Shown here: positions 37,399 to 51,644 of the stretch, in pieces
Position numbering within the stretch: the first letter of the stretch is position 1
Layout of the letters: each line of letters begins with the position of its first letter
NCBI GenBank assembly: GCA_041611735.1
Contig: JBFIML010000004.1
Location: 74,065 to 138,064, forward strand
Reading direction: 5' to 3'
Length of the DNA stretch: 64,000 bases
Source of the DNA: Myxococcota bacterium
GTDB taxonomy: Bacteria > Myxococcota_A > UBA9160 > PR03
Position numbers and translations under genes: made by a program
Notes under the pieces: model-generated
What the model was told of the DNA's origin: nothing
Seen by the model: only the letters and a program-made list of their open reading frames with translations
Databases searched by the model: none

Positions 37399-38582
37399 GC
37401 ATCCTGCGTCAGGGCCGGACCCAGGGCCTCGGCCAGCACGCGCGCCACCACCTCGGCGCCGAGCGCGTTCAGGTGCGTGTCCCCGACCCCCATGTACGGG
37501 AGGCGCCCGGCGCCCGCTTCCTTCTGGAGCTCCGCCGTGGCGTCCACCACGGCGACGCCCCGTCGCTCGGCCAGGTCGCGGATCCAGACCGGGAGTCGGC
37601 CCGGTTGCCAGTCCACGAAGCGCGGCTCCGCCTCGGCCGTGAAGCGCAGGTGGCCGTGCAGCACGCTGTGCTTGGTGGGGAGGTAGAGCAGCCAGGGCCG
37701 CATCCCGAGGCGCTGCGCGGTGCGGGCCCAGCCCTCGAGGGCCTGGGCCAGGCGCAGGCCCACGGGGCCCGGCAAGGCAGCGGGTTCCGGGGGCGCATAG
37801 CTGATGGTGACCGGCACCGGGCCGCCGGGGGTCTCGAAGAAGGCATTCGGCACCAGAGCCGGCTCGCTGCGGCCGAGGCTCGCCACGAGCTTCCACAGCG
37901 CCTTCACGAACGACGACTGGGGCACGATCTGATCCAGGCGGGTGCCGGAGACCACCGGTGGAAGCCCGGCCTGCGCGCGTCGCCGGGCCGCCTCCAGGAG
38001 ATCCGCCTCCCGGTAGGTGTCGTCCAGGTCGTTGCCCTCGAAGAAGGCCAGCACCGCGTGCCGGGCGCTCGGCGCGCGCCCGTAGGACTCGAGATAGGTG
38101 GTCTGCGAGAAGGGTCCCGTCCAGCTCACGCCCAGGTTCTTGACGCGCACGCCCAGGCGCACGCCCAGGCGCGTGGTGAAGAGCTGCTCGTCCGGCAGGT
38201 GGCCGAGCTCGGTGAACGAGTCGCCGGCCACCACCACCGTCCAGTCGTCGAGCCCGACGGGATTGCGGAAGCCCCCGGCGTCGTAGCGCACCGTGATGGG
38301 GGCCTCCTCCGGCAGGTAGGCCTCCGGGACTCCGTGCCGGCGCAGGTACGGGGTGAGGACGCGACCCTCCCAGCGGTCCGGCCCCGGACGCCGGAACAGG
38401 CCGTTCGGCAGCGGGACGATCGGCTGGCGGTAGAAGATCGGCAGCCGCTCGAAGGCGCGGTGCCGGAAGTCGAAGTCGAAGCGCGCCCGGCGGAAGGCCA
38501 CCTCGAGAACGCCCACCGAGACCGCGAGCGCCGCGGCGGCCAGGCCGAGGGCGGCCAGGCGGCCCCGGGCCGCCCGGCTCAT
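37383..38582 (-). CDS. Membrane-anchored SGNH protein, AlgJ/AlgX-like
   Basis: N-terminal TM, GFRN, AGDSFTE, FFEGND, LPTK and DTHLN (D-x-H) motifs. ATG overlaps the upstream TGA. Confidence 0.7.
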   Translation of the reverse strand: MSRAARGRLAALGLAAAALAVSVGVLEVAFRRARFDFDFRHRAFERLPIFYRQPIVPLPNGLFRRPGPDRWEGRVLTPYLRRHGVPEAYLPEEAPITVRYDAGGFRNPVGLDDWTVVVAGDSFTELGHLPDEQLFTTRLGVRLGVRVKNLGVSWTGPFSQTTYLESYGRAPSARHAVLAFFEGNDLDDTYREADLLEAARRRAQAGLPPVVSGTRLDQIVPQSSFVKALWKLVASLGRSEPALVPNAFFETPGGPVPVTISYAPPEPAALPGPVGLRLAQALEGWARTAQRLGMRPWLLYLPTKHSVLHGHLRFTAEAEPRFVDWQPGRLPVWIRDLAERRGVAVVDATAELQKEAGAGRLPYMGVGDTHLNALGAEVVARVLAEALGPALTQDAHGPP

Positions 38583-39745
38583 CGCCGGTTCATGCCCAGG
38601 ATGCTGACGAAGAAGCTCGAGAGCACGGTCTGGAAGCCCAGGGCCGCCAGGGTCACGCCGGGGATCACCAGACGCATGGTGGCCGCGTAGTCCAGGGCCC
38701 CAAAGTCCACCGCCCGCCAGCGCAGCACGGCCAGCACCAGCAGCACCACGCCGACCGCCAGGGCCAGGCCCCCCAGCGCGAGGCCCCGCTCCAGGTTCAT
38801 GAGCTGGTAGAAGCGCGTGATGCGCGGGTCCTCGGGCAGCAGGCCCACGTGGACGGCGAAGGTCTTGGAGAAGACGGCGAACAGGATCGCCTGGTAGCCG
38901 AGCAGCAGCGCCAGGCTGGCGAAGAGCAGCGTATGGGCGTCCAGGGTGACGGCGCCGATGCGCGCGGCGGGCAGCGCCAGCGCGTAGCCCAGGAGCCCGA
39001 GCGCCACCATCACCAGGCCCGGGATCAGGAACAGCCAGCGCGGGCTGTACAGGAAGAAGAAGCGCACGGTGCGCCAGCCGTCCCGGAAGGTGCGCAGGTG
39101 GGGACGGTGGGCGCGGCGGCCGTCGGGGTGCAGTGTGATGGGTACCTCCTCGATGCGCTCGCCCGAGAGGCTCGCCTTGACGATCATCTCCGTCGCGAAC
39201 TCCATGCCCGTGCAGAGCAGGTTCAGGCGCTCGTAGAAGCTCTTGCGGAAGCCGCGCAGGCCGCAGTAGGCATCGTTCACCGGGGAGCGGAACATGCGCC
39301 GGGCCATGGCCGTGAAGAGCGGGTTGCCGATCCAGCGGTGCAGGGTCGGCATGGCGCCCGGCCGGATCGTGCCCCCCCCGGACGGCAGCCGGCAGCCCTG
39401 CACCAGCGCCGCTCCGGCCCGCAGCCGCTCCACGAAGCGCGGGATCTCCGCGAAGTCGTAGCTGTCGTCGGCGTCGCCCATCACCACGAAGCGGCCGCGG
39501 GCCGCGGCGATGCCGCCCATCAAGGCGTTGCCGTAGCCGCGCTCCGCCACGGCCACGACCTGCGCGCCCAGGCGGCGGGCGATCTCCGGCGAGCCGTCGC
39601 AGCTGCCGTTGTCGGCCACCACCACCTCGCCGCGGATGCCGTGCTCGGCCAGGGCGCCCTGGGCCTTGCGGATGCAGCGCTCCAGGGTGTCCGCCTCGTT
39701 CAGGCAGGGCATCACCACGGACACCTCGATCTCGCCGGCATCCAT
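38579..39745 (-). CDS. GT2 glycosyltransferase, polyprenol-phosphate sugar synthase-like, with C-terminal TMs
   Basis: SVVMPCLNE, DNGSCDGS, GYGNAL, MGDADDSYD, GMEFATEM and LRTFRDGWR motifs, then four C-terminal TMs. Confidence 0.85.
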   Translation of the reverse strand: MDAGEIEVSVVMPCLNEADTLERCIRKAQGALAEHGIRGEVVVADNGSCDGSPEIARRLGAQVVAVAERGYGNALMGGIAAARGRFVVMGDADDSYDFAEIPRFVERLRAGAALVQGCRLPSGGGTIRPGAMPTLHRWIGNPLFTAMARRMFRSPVNDAYCGLRGFRKSFYERLNLLCTGMEFATEMIVKASLSGERIEEVPITLHPDGRRAHRPHLRTFRDGWRTVRFFFLYSPRWLFLIPGLVMVALGLLGYALALPAARIGAVTLDAHTLLFASLALLLGYQAILFAVFSKTFAVHVGLLPEDPRITRFYQLMNLERGLALGGLALAVGVVLLVLAVLRWRAVDFGALDYAATMRLVIPGVTLAALGFQTVLSSFFVSILGMNRR

Positions 39746-39798
39746 CGGCCCGTCCCCGTGGCAGGCGCGCGCCAGTGTATCGCCGGGGCCCGGTCGGC

Positions 39799-42189
39799 TC
39801 ATGGCAGCGCAACGCCCAGGCGCTGGGCGAGACGCTGGCGCTCGGCGAGCCAGGGCGCCGGGGCCTCGTCCTCCCGCAGCGCGAGGGAGCGCTCGAGCGC
39901 GCGGCGCGCCTGGGCCGGGCGCCCGAGGGCGGCCAGGGCGGCGGCGCGCAGGTAGAGCAGACGCGCCGAGGCGGAGCCGACCGCAAGCGCCCGATCTGCG
40001 GCGGAGAGGGCCGCCGCCGGCTCGCCCCGGACCAGGTGCAGCTCGGCCAGGGTGTCGAGCACGTTCGGCTCGTCGCCGCTGCGCCGGGCCGCGGCCTGGG
40101 CGAGACCCAGGGCCCGGTCCAGGTCGCGCCCCAGGCGCAGCAGGGTCCACGCCACGGCGTTCTCGAGGGCCGCCACGTCGGGGGTCCGGGCGAGCGCCTC
40201 CTCGCGCACGCGCAGGGCCTCCTCGAGCTGCCCGTGCTTCTCGAGCAGGCTCGCCTGGGCCAGGGCCAGGGCCGGGGCGTCGGGATGACGCCGCCGCGCC
40301 TCGCGCAGGCGCACCCCGGCCTTGGCCCCCCGGCCGGCGTTCTCCTCCGCCAGCGCGAGACGCAGGGCCGCCGCGGGCTCGAGCTGGGCCTCGATGGTGA
40401 GACCCTCGAGCAGGGGATCCGCTTCCGCCGCACGGCCCTGCTCCAGGCGCAGGGCGGCCAGCCGCCACACGGCCTCCGCGCCGCCGTCGGGAAGCGAGCG
40501 CGCCTGCTCGTAGTGCGGCGCGGCGGCGTCCCGGTCGCCGAGGGCCTCCTCGCTGCGGCCCAGGCCGAGCCGCGCCGCCGCCGAACGCGGCGCCAGGACG
40601 ACCGCCTGGCGATACACGGCTCGGGCCTCCTCCCGCTCGCCGAGGGCCTCGAGGGCCACGCCGAGGGTGAGGGTCGCGTCGATCCGGCCGGGAGCCTGGG
40701 CCAGCGCTTCCCGCGCGTCGCGCCGGGCCGCGGCCGGGTCACCGGCGCGCAGGGCGGCGACGGCCCGCAGGGCCAGGACCTGGGCGCCCGGGTCTCGGAT
40801 CTCCGCCAGCCGGGCCAGCGCCTCCGCCGCCCGGCCCGCCGCGACCAGCGCCTCCGCCTGGCCCAGCTCCACGATCAGCCCGAGCTCGTCCTTGGGATCG
40901 GGCCCGCCCACACGCCCGAGCTCCTCCCGGGGCGGGAGCACCGCCGGGACCACGTAGCCCAGGGCCTCCAGGCGCTGGCGCTCCGCATCGCTCAGGGCCA
41001 GCAGCTCGGCGGGCGGCGCCGTGGCCTCGGCCAGGCGCGCCTCGAGTCGGGCCTCGAGCTCGTGCAGGCGCGCGGCGTCCTCCCCGGCCAGGTTGCGCTC
41101 CTCGGCGGGGTCCGCCGCCAGGTCATAGAGCTCCGGGCGCGGCGCCCGCACGTACTTGAAGCGCACCGTGCGCAGGCCGAGCAGCGGGCTCCAGCCGAAG
41201 TCGAGCTGCGTGGCCAGGGTCTCGAGATGGGCGGCGCGCTCCGGGAGCGTGCCGCCGGTCAGCAGCGGGGTGAGGTCGCGCCCGTCCAGGGATCCGAGGG
41301 CCGCAAGGCCCGCGAGCGCGGCGAGGGTGGGCGCCACGTCGGCCAGGGCGACCGGCTGCGCCACCACGGCACCCGCCGGGAGCCCGGCCCCCGCCAGGAG
41401 CAGCGGCACGCGCTGGGTCGCCTCGTAGAGCGTGTACGAATGGGTGGGCTCGCCGTGCTCCCCGAGGCTCTCGCCGTGGTCGCTGGTCACGACCACGAGC
41501 GTGCGGGGCCCGTCGAGTGCCTGGAGCAGGCGTCCGAGCTCCCGGTCCACGAAGGCGATCTCGCCGTCGTAGGGGGCGCCCCGGAAATCCGCGGCGAAGG
41601 GCGGCGGGGGCCGGTAGACCGCGTGGGGGTCGTAGAAGTGGACCCACAGGAAGAAGCGCCTCGGCGCCTCGGCGAGCCAGGCCAGGGCGCGCTCCACCAC
41701 CTGGTCGGCGGAGCGCTCCGAGTAGCCCACGAAGCCCGATTGCTCGCCGCCGATCTCGTCGTCGTAGTGCGCGAAGCCGCGCTCCAGGCCGTGGCGGCGC
41801 TCGAGGACCACGGCGCCCACCACCGCCGCCGTGTCCCAGCCGGCCGCGGTGAAGTGCTCCGCCAGGGTCGGGATCGAGGCGTCCAGCCGGAACACCGAGT
41901 TGTGCCGCACGCCGTGGCGGGGCGGGTCGAGGCCGGTGAGGAGCGTCGCGTGGGAGGGCAAGGTGAGGGGCGTCGGGGCCACGGCCGTCTCGAAGCGCAC
42001 GCCCCGGGCGGCGAGGCCGTCCAGGGTGGGGGTGCGCGCCCGGGCGTGGCCGTAGGCCCCGACCCGGTCGGCGCGCAGCGTGTCGATGGTGACGAGCACG
42101 ACGCGCTCGGGCCCCGCGCCGCCCCGGCCGCAGCCGGCCGCCAGCGCGACGAAGGCCAGCAGCGCGAGCCGCGCCGCGGACCCTCGCAT
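39799..42189 (-). CDS. Sulfatase-like hydrolase/transferase lipoprotein with TPRs (paralog of 6865-8844)
   Basis: Lipobox LAAGC, IDTLRAD, TLPSHATLLTG, HFYDPH, SDHGE and LEALGY motifs, then TPRs. Confidence 0.8.
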   Translation of the reverse strand: MRGSAARLALLAFVALAAGCGRGGAGPERVVLVTIDTLRADRVGAYGHARARTPTLDGLAARGVRFETAVAPTPLTLPSHATLLTGLDPPRHGVRHNSVFRLDASIPTLAEHFTAAGWDTAAVVGAVVLERRHGLERGFAHYDDEIGGEQSGFVGYSERSADQVVERALAWLAEAPRRFFLWVHFYDPHAVYRPPPPFAADFRGAPYDGEIAFVDRELGRLLQALDGPRTLVVVTSDHGESLGEHGEPTHSYTLYEATQRVPLLLAGAGLPAGAVVAQPVALADVAPTLAALAGLAALGSLDGRDLTPLLTGGTLPERAAHLETLATQLDFGWSPLLGLRTVRFKYVRAPRPELYDLAADPAEERNLAGEDAARLHELEARLEARLAEATAPPAELLALSDAERQRLEALGYVVPAVLPPREELGRVGGPDPKDELGLIVELGQAEALVAAGRAAEALARLAEIRDPGAQVLALRAVAALRAGDPAAARRDAREALAQAPGRIDATLTLGVALEALGEREEARAVYRQAVVLAPRSAAARLGLGRSEEALGDRDAAAPHYEQARSLPDGGAEAVWRLAALRLEQGRAAEADPLLEGLTIEAQLEPAAALRLALAEENAGRGAKAGVRLREARRRHPDAPALALAQASLLEKHGQLEEALRVREEALARTPDVAALENAVAWTLLRLGRDLDRALGLAQAAARRSGDEPNVLDTLAELHLVRGEPAAALSAADRALAVGSASARLLYLRAAALAALGRPAQARRALERSLALREDEAPAPWLAERQRLAQRLGVALP

Positions 42190-42203
42190 GGACCGCCCGG
42201 CCC

Positions 42204-43223
42204 TCAAGAGCTCGCGCGCGCCCAGACGTAGCGCACGACGCCGCCCGGCAGGACGGGCACCTCGCCCGTCGCGCCGAAGCCCGCCTCCGCCAGGGTCCGG
42301 TGCAGGCCCGCCAGGTCCGGCAGGCCGAAGACGCCGCGATTCATGCGCAGCACCAGGTCCAGCAGCGCCAGGCTGGCACGCAGCCCCAGCAGGTCCGCCA
42401 GGGGTCCCTCGACGAGCACGGGAGTCTGCACCGCCACCACGCCCCCGGCGGCGAGTCGCCCGGCCGCGCGCCGGAACAGCGCCTCGTGCTCGGCGGGTGG
42501 AAAGCGGTGCAGGTTGTGGTTCAGCAGCACCAGATCGAAGCTCCCCTTCGCGAGCTCGAGGGTCATGAAGTCGCCCACGCGCACCTCGGCGCGGCGTGAG
42601 ACCTCCGCCTCGCGCAGGCGGCTGCGCGCGTCCTCCGCCGCCCGGGGATCCGCCTCCACGCCCAGGGCCTGGGTGTCCCGGCGCCAGGCCAGCAGCTTCG
42701 CCAGGAAGCCGCCCCGGCCGCAGCCCACCTCGAGCACCCGGCGCGGGCGGTCCGCGCCGGGGATGCGCCGCAGCGCGTGCACGGCCCGCCCCTCCGCCAT
42801 GCCGGAGATCGCGGCCACCCGCTGCGCCTCCTGGTAGGGGTCGAGGGGTGGACGCTCGGCGCCCTTCAGCAGCTCGGGCAGCTCCAGGAGCTGCCTCCCG
42901 AGGGTCTCGGCGGCGAGATCCACCAGGGCCTGGAGCGCCCCGGCGGCCGGCGAGTCGAGCAGCCACGCCACGGTCGGAACGATCTCGTAGGCGTCGTCGC
43001 GCCGCCGCAGCCAACCCTGGGCGTGCAGGGCCTGGGCCCAGGACGCCACCAGATCCGGGGCCAGGGCGAGGCGCTCGGCCAGGGCCCCGGCGCTCTGGGG
43101 CGTGCGCAGCGCCTCGAACAGGCCCAGGCGCAGGCCCGCCCGCAGCAGCGGGAGGCGCGCGGACGCGTCCAGGGCGGCGGCGAGCCGGCGCGTGTGGCGG
43201 ACCTGCTCGTAGGCGGACGCCAC
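42204..43223 (-). CDS. SAM-dependent methyltransferase with an N-terminal winged-helix/dimerisation-like region
   Basis: LRLGLFEAL...LAERL N-terminus, VLEVGCGRG, VGDF and NLH motifs. Confidence 0.7.
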   Translation of the reverse strand: MASAYEQVRHTRRLAAALDASARLPLLRAGLRLGLFEALRTPQSAGALAERLALAPDLVASWAQALHAQGWLRRRDDAYEIVPTVAWLLDSPAAGALQALVDLAAETLGRQLLELPELLKGAERPPLDPYQEAQRVAAISGMAEGRAVHALRRIPGADRPRRVLEVGCGRGGFLAKLLAWRRDTQALGVEADPRAAEDARSRLREAEVSRRAEVRVGDFMTLELAKGSFDLVLLNHNLHRFPPAEHEALFRRAAGRLAAGGVVAVQTPVLVEGPLADLLGLRASLALLDLVLRMNRGVFGLPDLAGLHRTLAEAGFGATGEVPVLPGGVVRYVWARASS

Positions 43224-43227
43224 CGGC

Positions 43228-45398
43228 TTAGACGGGCTCCAGGTTGGCGAAGCGCACCAGGATGGTCTTGACGCCCACCCGGTCGAAACGGATGCGGAGC
43301 TTCTGGCCGGGGCCCCGCCCGCTGGCCTCGAGCACGCTGCCCTCGCCGAAGACGGGGTGGCGCACGCGCAGGCCGCGCACGGCGTCCGGCACCTCCCCCT
43401 CCGTCTGGCTGACCGAGTAGTCGAGGGTGCGCTCCGACTGCGGGCCGCGGGCCGCGGGCACGGCGCCCGCCAGCAGCGAAGACGGGATCTCGCCCAGGAA
43501 GCGCGACGGGACGCCCCAGGTGCGGGAGCCGAAGCGGCGCCGCTCCTCGGCCCAGGTGAGCACCAGGCGGTCCATGGCGCGGGTCATGCCCACGTAGAAG
43601 AGGCGCCGCTCCTCTTCGAGGCCGGCCTCGTCCCGGGAGGAGGCCGTGTGCGGGAAGATCCCCTCCTCGAGCCCCACCAGGAAGACCACCGGGAACTCGA
43701 GCCCCTTGGCCGAGTGGCCGGTCATGAGCGCGACCCGCTCGGCCCGCGACTCCCAGCCGTCGAGGTCGCTCACCAGCGCCACCTGGTCCAGGAAGAGCTC
43801 GAGGGCGGAGCGCTCGTCCTCCTCCCCGGCGTTGGCGGCGGCAAAGTCCTCGGCGGCGGAGAGGAGCTCGCGCAGGTTCTCGAGGCGGGTCTCCGCCTCC
43901 GGCGTGCCCTCGCGCTCCAGCTGGCGCAGGTAGCCGCTGCGTTCCAGGGCGAGGGCGAGGGCCTCGGCCGGCCGCAGCCCCCGTACCGTGCGGGCGAGCT
44001 CCTCCAGGAGCGCCAGCAGCTCGCGCACGCGCGGCGCGGCGCGGCCCCGGGCCTGGGCGGCGAAGCGTTGCAGCCCCACCCACAGCGGCGCCCCGTCCGC
44101 CTCCGCCAGCGCGGCGGCCCGCTCCAGGGTGGTGCGCCCGATCCCGCGCGGCGGCGCGTTCACCAGGCGCTGCAACGCCTGGCCGTCCGCGGGGTTCACC
44201 AGCACCCGCAGCCAGGCCAGCGCGTCCTTCACCTCGGCCCGCTCGTAGAAGCGGACGCCGCCCACCACCACGTAGGGGACGTCGTACTTGAGCAGCTCCT
44301 CCTCGAAGGGACGCGACTGGGCGTGGGTGCGGTAGAAGACCGCGAAGTCCCCCAGCCGCCGCCCCTCTTCGCGCACGGCGCCGAGCAGCTCGCGCACCAC
44401 GAACTGCGCCTCGTCGCGCTCGTCGGCCGCCTCGTAGAGCCGGATCGGCTCGCCGTCGCCCCGCTCCGTGCGCATGCGCTTTTCCTTGCGCGCGCGGTTG
44501 CGGGCCACCACCGCCGAGGCGCCGTCCAGGATCGGACGGGTGGAGCGGTAGTTGCGTTCGAGCTTGACCACCCGGGCGTGCGGGAAGTCGCGCTCGAAGT
44601 CCAGGATGTTGCGCACGTCGGCACCGCGCCAGGCGTAGATGGACTGGTCCGGGTCGCCCACCACGCACAGATTGCGGTGCTCGCCGGCGAGCTGGTTCAC
44701 GAGCCGGTACTGGACGCGGTTCGTGTCCTGGTACTCGTCCACCAGCACGTACTGCCAGCGCCGCCGGTAGTGCCCGAGCACCTCGGGGAAGCCGTCGAAC
44801 AGCTCGGTGGTCTGGAGGATCAGGTCGCCGAAGTCGAGGGCGTTCGCCTCGGCCAGCAGGCGCTGGTAGGTGGCGTACAGGTCGGCGGCGGTCTCCGCCT
44901 CGGCGTCGTGGGCCGCCTGCGCCACCCGCGCCGGCAGCCAGCCGGCGTTCTTCCACTGGTCGATGCGCCAGCGCAGCCGCCGGGGGTCGTGGAGCTTGGG
45001 GTCGAAGCCCCGGCGCCTCAGGGCCTCCTTCACCAGGCCCAGGCTGTCGGCGTCGTCGTAGATCACGAAGCCCCGCGAGAGGCCCAGGTGGCCGGCTTCG
45101 CGGCGCAGGATGCGCACGCAGCTCGAATGGAAGGTGGAGATCCACAGGCCCTCCGCCTCGGGGCCCAGCAGCTTCTGCACCCGCTCGCGCATCTCGGCGG
45201 CCGCCTTGTTGGTGAAGGTCACGGCCAGGATCTGTTCGGGGGGGATACCGCAGACGCCGATCAGCCAGGCCACGCGGTGCACGAGGACGCGGGTCTTGCC
45301 GCTCCCGGCGCCGGCCAGCACCAGCAACGGGCCCTCGGTGGTCTCGACCGCCTCCCGCTGCTCGGGATTCAGTCCCTCCAGAATGGAGTCGGCGAGCA

Positions 45399-45399
<1 letters not shown>
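43228..45399 (-). CDS. pcrA: ATP-dependent DNA helicase PcrA/UvrD
   Basis: LNPEQREAV, AGAGSGKT, TFTNKAA, VDEYQDTN, GDPDQSIY, HSAKGLEF, EERRLFYV and a C-terminal Tudor-like VRHPVFGEG. GTG overlaps the glmS TAG. Confidence 0.92.
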
Positions 45400-47234
<1,835 letters not shown>

Positions 47235-47244
47235 GGCTTCGCTC

Positions 47245-48582
47245 CTACTCCGACTCGGGCTTGCCGGGCCGGCGGCGGCGCCAGCCTTCCACGTTGCGCT
47301 GGCGGGTCCGGGCCACGCCGAGGGCGTCCTCCGGGACGTCCTGGGTGAGGGTCGAGCCCGCGGCCACGAACGCGTTGCGCTCGATCTTGATGGGGGCGAC
47401 CAGGTTCGCGTTGCAGCCGATGAAGGCGCCCTCCTCCACCGTGGTGCGGTGCTTGCGGACCCCGTCGTAGTTCACCACGACCGAGCCGCAGCCGAAGCTG
47501 ACGCCGTCGCCCACGTCGGCGTCCCCGATGTAGCTCAGGTGGTCCGCCTTCACCCCCTCGCCCAGCACGCTGTTCTTGACCTCGACGAAGTTGCCGATGC
47601 GGGTGCCGCGACCCAGGCGGGTCCCGGGACGCAGGTGGGCGCAGGGACCGACCACCGCGTCGTCCCCGACCTGGCTCCACTCGATGGTCGAATGGGCCTT
47701 CACGTGCACCCGCTCGCCGATCACGGTCTCGCCGCGGATCACACAGCCGGGCTCGATCACCGAGTCCCGGCCGATCTGGACGTCCACGTCCAGGTAGGTG
47801 GCCGCGGGGTCCACCAGGGTGACGCCCGCGGCCATCAGGCGTTCGGCGGTCTGGCGGCGCAGGCCGGCCGCCGCCCGGGCCAGCTCGGCCCGCGTGTTGA
47901 CCCCGAGCGCCTCCTCCGGGTCGTCCAGCACCAGGGCCTCGACCCGGCGGCCCTCGGCCACGGCCCGTTCCACCACGTCGGTCACGTAGATCTCGCCCTG
48001 GGCGTTGCGGTCATCCACCGCGTCGAGCGCCTTCCACAGCAGCTCCGCATCCACCCCGTAGACGCCGGTGTTGCCCTCCTCGAGGGCCCGCTCCTCGGGG
48101 CTGGCGTCGGTCATCTCCACGATGCGCGCCACGCGCCCCGCCGCGTCGCGCACCACGCGGCCCGGCAGCGGGAGCCGGGCCGAGAGCAGCACCAGGTCGG
48201 CGTCTCGGGCCGCCTTGACCTCGCGCATGCGCCGCAGGGTCTCGCCGCGCAGGAGCGGCGTGTCGCCATAGAGGATGAAGACCTCGCCGGCGAAGTCGCG
48301 CAGGGCCTCGCGCGCGCAGAGCACCGCGTGGCCCGTGCCGCGCTGCTCCGCCTGCTCCACGAACTGCGCGCGCCCTGCGAAAGCCTCTCGCACCCGGGCC
48401 CCGTCCCGCCCGATCACCACCACCAGGCGTTGCGGGTCGAGGGCGGCGGCCGCTGCGAGCGCGTACGCCAGCATGGGGCGTCCGGCCACGTCGTGGAGGA
48501 CCTTCACGAAGCTGGACTTCATGCGGGTTCCCTGGCCGGCGGCCAGGATCACGACGGCCGGTGCCCCCGCGCTGCGCCCCAT
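47245..48582 (-). CDS. glmU: Bifunctional UDP-GlcNAc pyrophosphorylase/glucosamine-1-phosphate acetyltransferase
   Basis: LAAGQGTRMKS, GTGHAV, YGDTPL, GNFVEVK, HLSYIGD and NYDG motifs with hexapeptide repeats. AGGAGG RBS upstream. Confidence 0.95.
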   Translation of the reverse strand: MGRSAGAPAVVILAAGQGTRMKSSFVKVLHDVAGRPMLAYALAAAAALDPQRLVVVIGRDGARVREAFAGRAQFVEQAEQRGTGHAVLCAREALRDFAGEVFILYGDTPLLRGETLRRMREVKAARDADLVLLSARLPLPGRVVRDAAGRVARIVEMTDASPEERALEEGNTGVYGVDAELLWKALDAVDDRNAQGEIYVTDVVERAVAEGRRVEALVLDDPEEALGVNTRAELARAAAGLRRQTAERLMAAGVTLVDPAATYLDVDVQIGRDSVIEPGCVIRGETVIGERVHVKAHSTIEWSQVGDDAVVGPCAHLRPGTRLGRGTRIGNFVEVKNSVLGEGVKADHLSYIGDADVGDGVSFGCGSVVVNYDGVRKHRTTVEEGAFIGCNANLVAPIKIERNAFVAAGSTLTQDVPEDALGVARTRQRNVEGWRRRRPGKPESE

Positions 48583-48769
48583 GTCTCCTCCTGTTTCGGC
48601 GCGCCGTGCGGCGGCGTTGACGGGACGTCCGACGCCGGGGGTGGCGAGCCAGGGAGGGTACCCTCCCGGACGCCGGAACCGAAGAGCGGGCCCCGACCCC
48701 GCGGGCCCGGATCCCGGTCGCGGTAGACGTGCCCCGTGGGGACGCGAGGGGCCCGGAGGCCGGATCGGC

Positions 48770-48799
48770 TTGCGGGCGTCGACGAGGGTCTCATACATT
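48770..48799 (+). promoter_or_regulatory. Putative sigma-70-type promoter of hflX
   Basis: TTGCGG-N18-TACATT. Confidence 0.4.
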
Positions 48800-48832
48800 G
48801 GAAGGCATCCCCCCACCCCGGAAGGAGCTGCG

Positions 48833-51519
<2,687 letters not shown>

Positions 51520-51616
51520 CCCATGCCGCGTCGCGTCTAGCGGGCATTCCCCCCGGGCGCAATTCGATTCGTAACGGATCGAATCGAAACCGTTTTCGCT
51601 GCCCCCGCGGGCTCCC

Positions 51617-51644
51617 TTGACGCGATAACGCGCCGTGTTATATT
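51617..51644 (+). promoter_or_regulatory. Sigma-70-type promoter (extended -10)
   Basis: TTGACG-N16-TATATT with TG upstream of the -10. Confidence 0.6.

Noticed and set aside
47235-47245. glmS ribozyme
   Set aside because: Only about 10 nt separate glmU and glmS, leaving no room for it.
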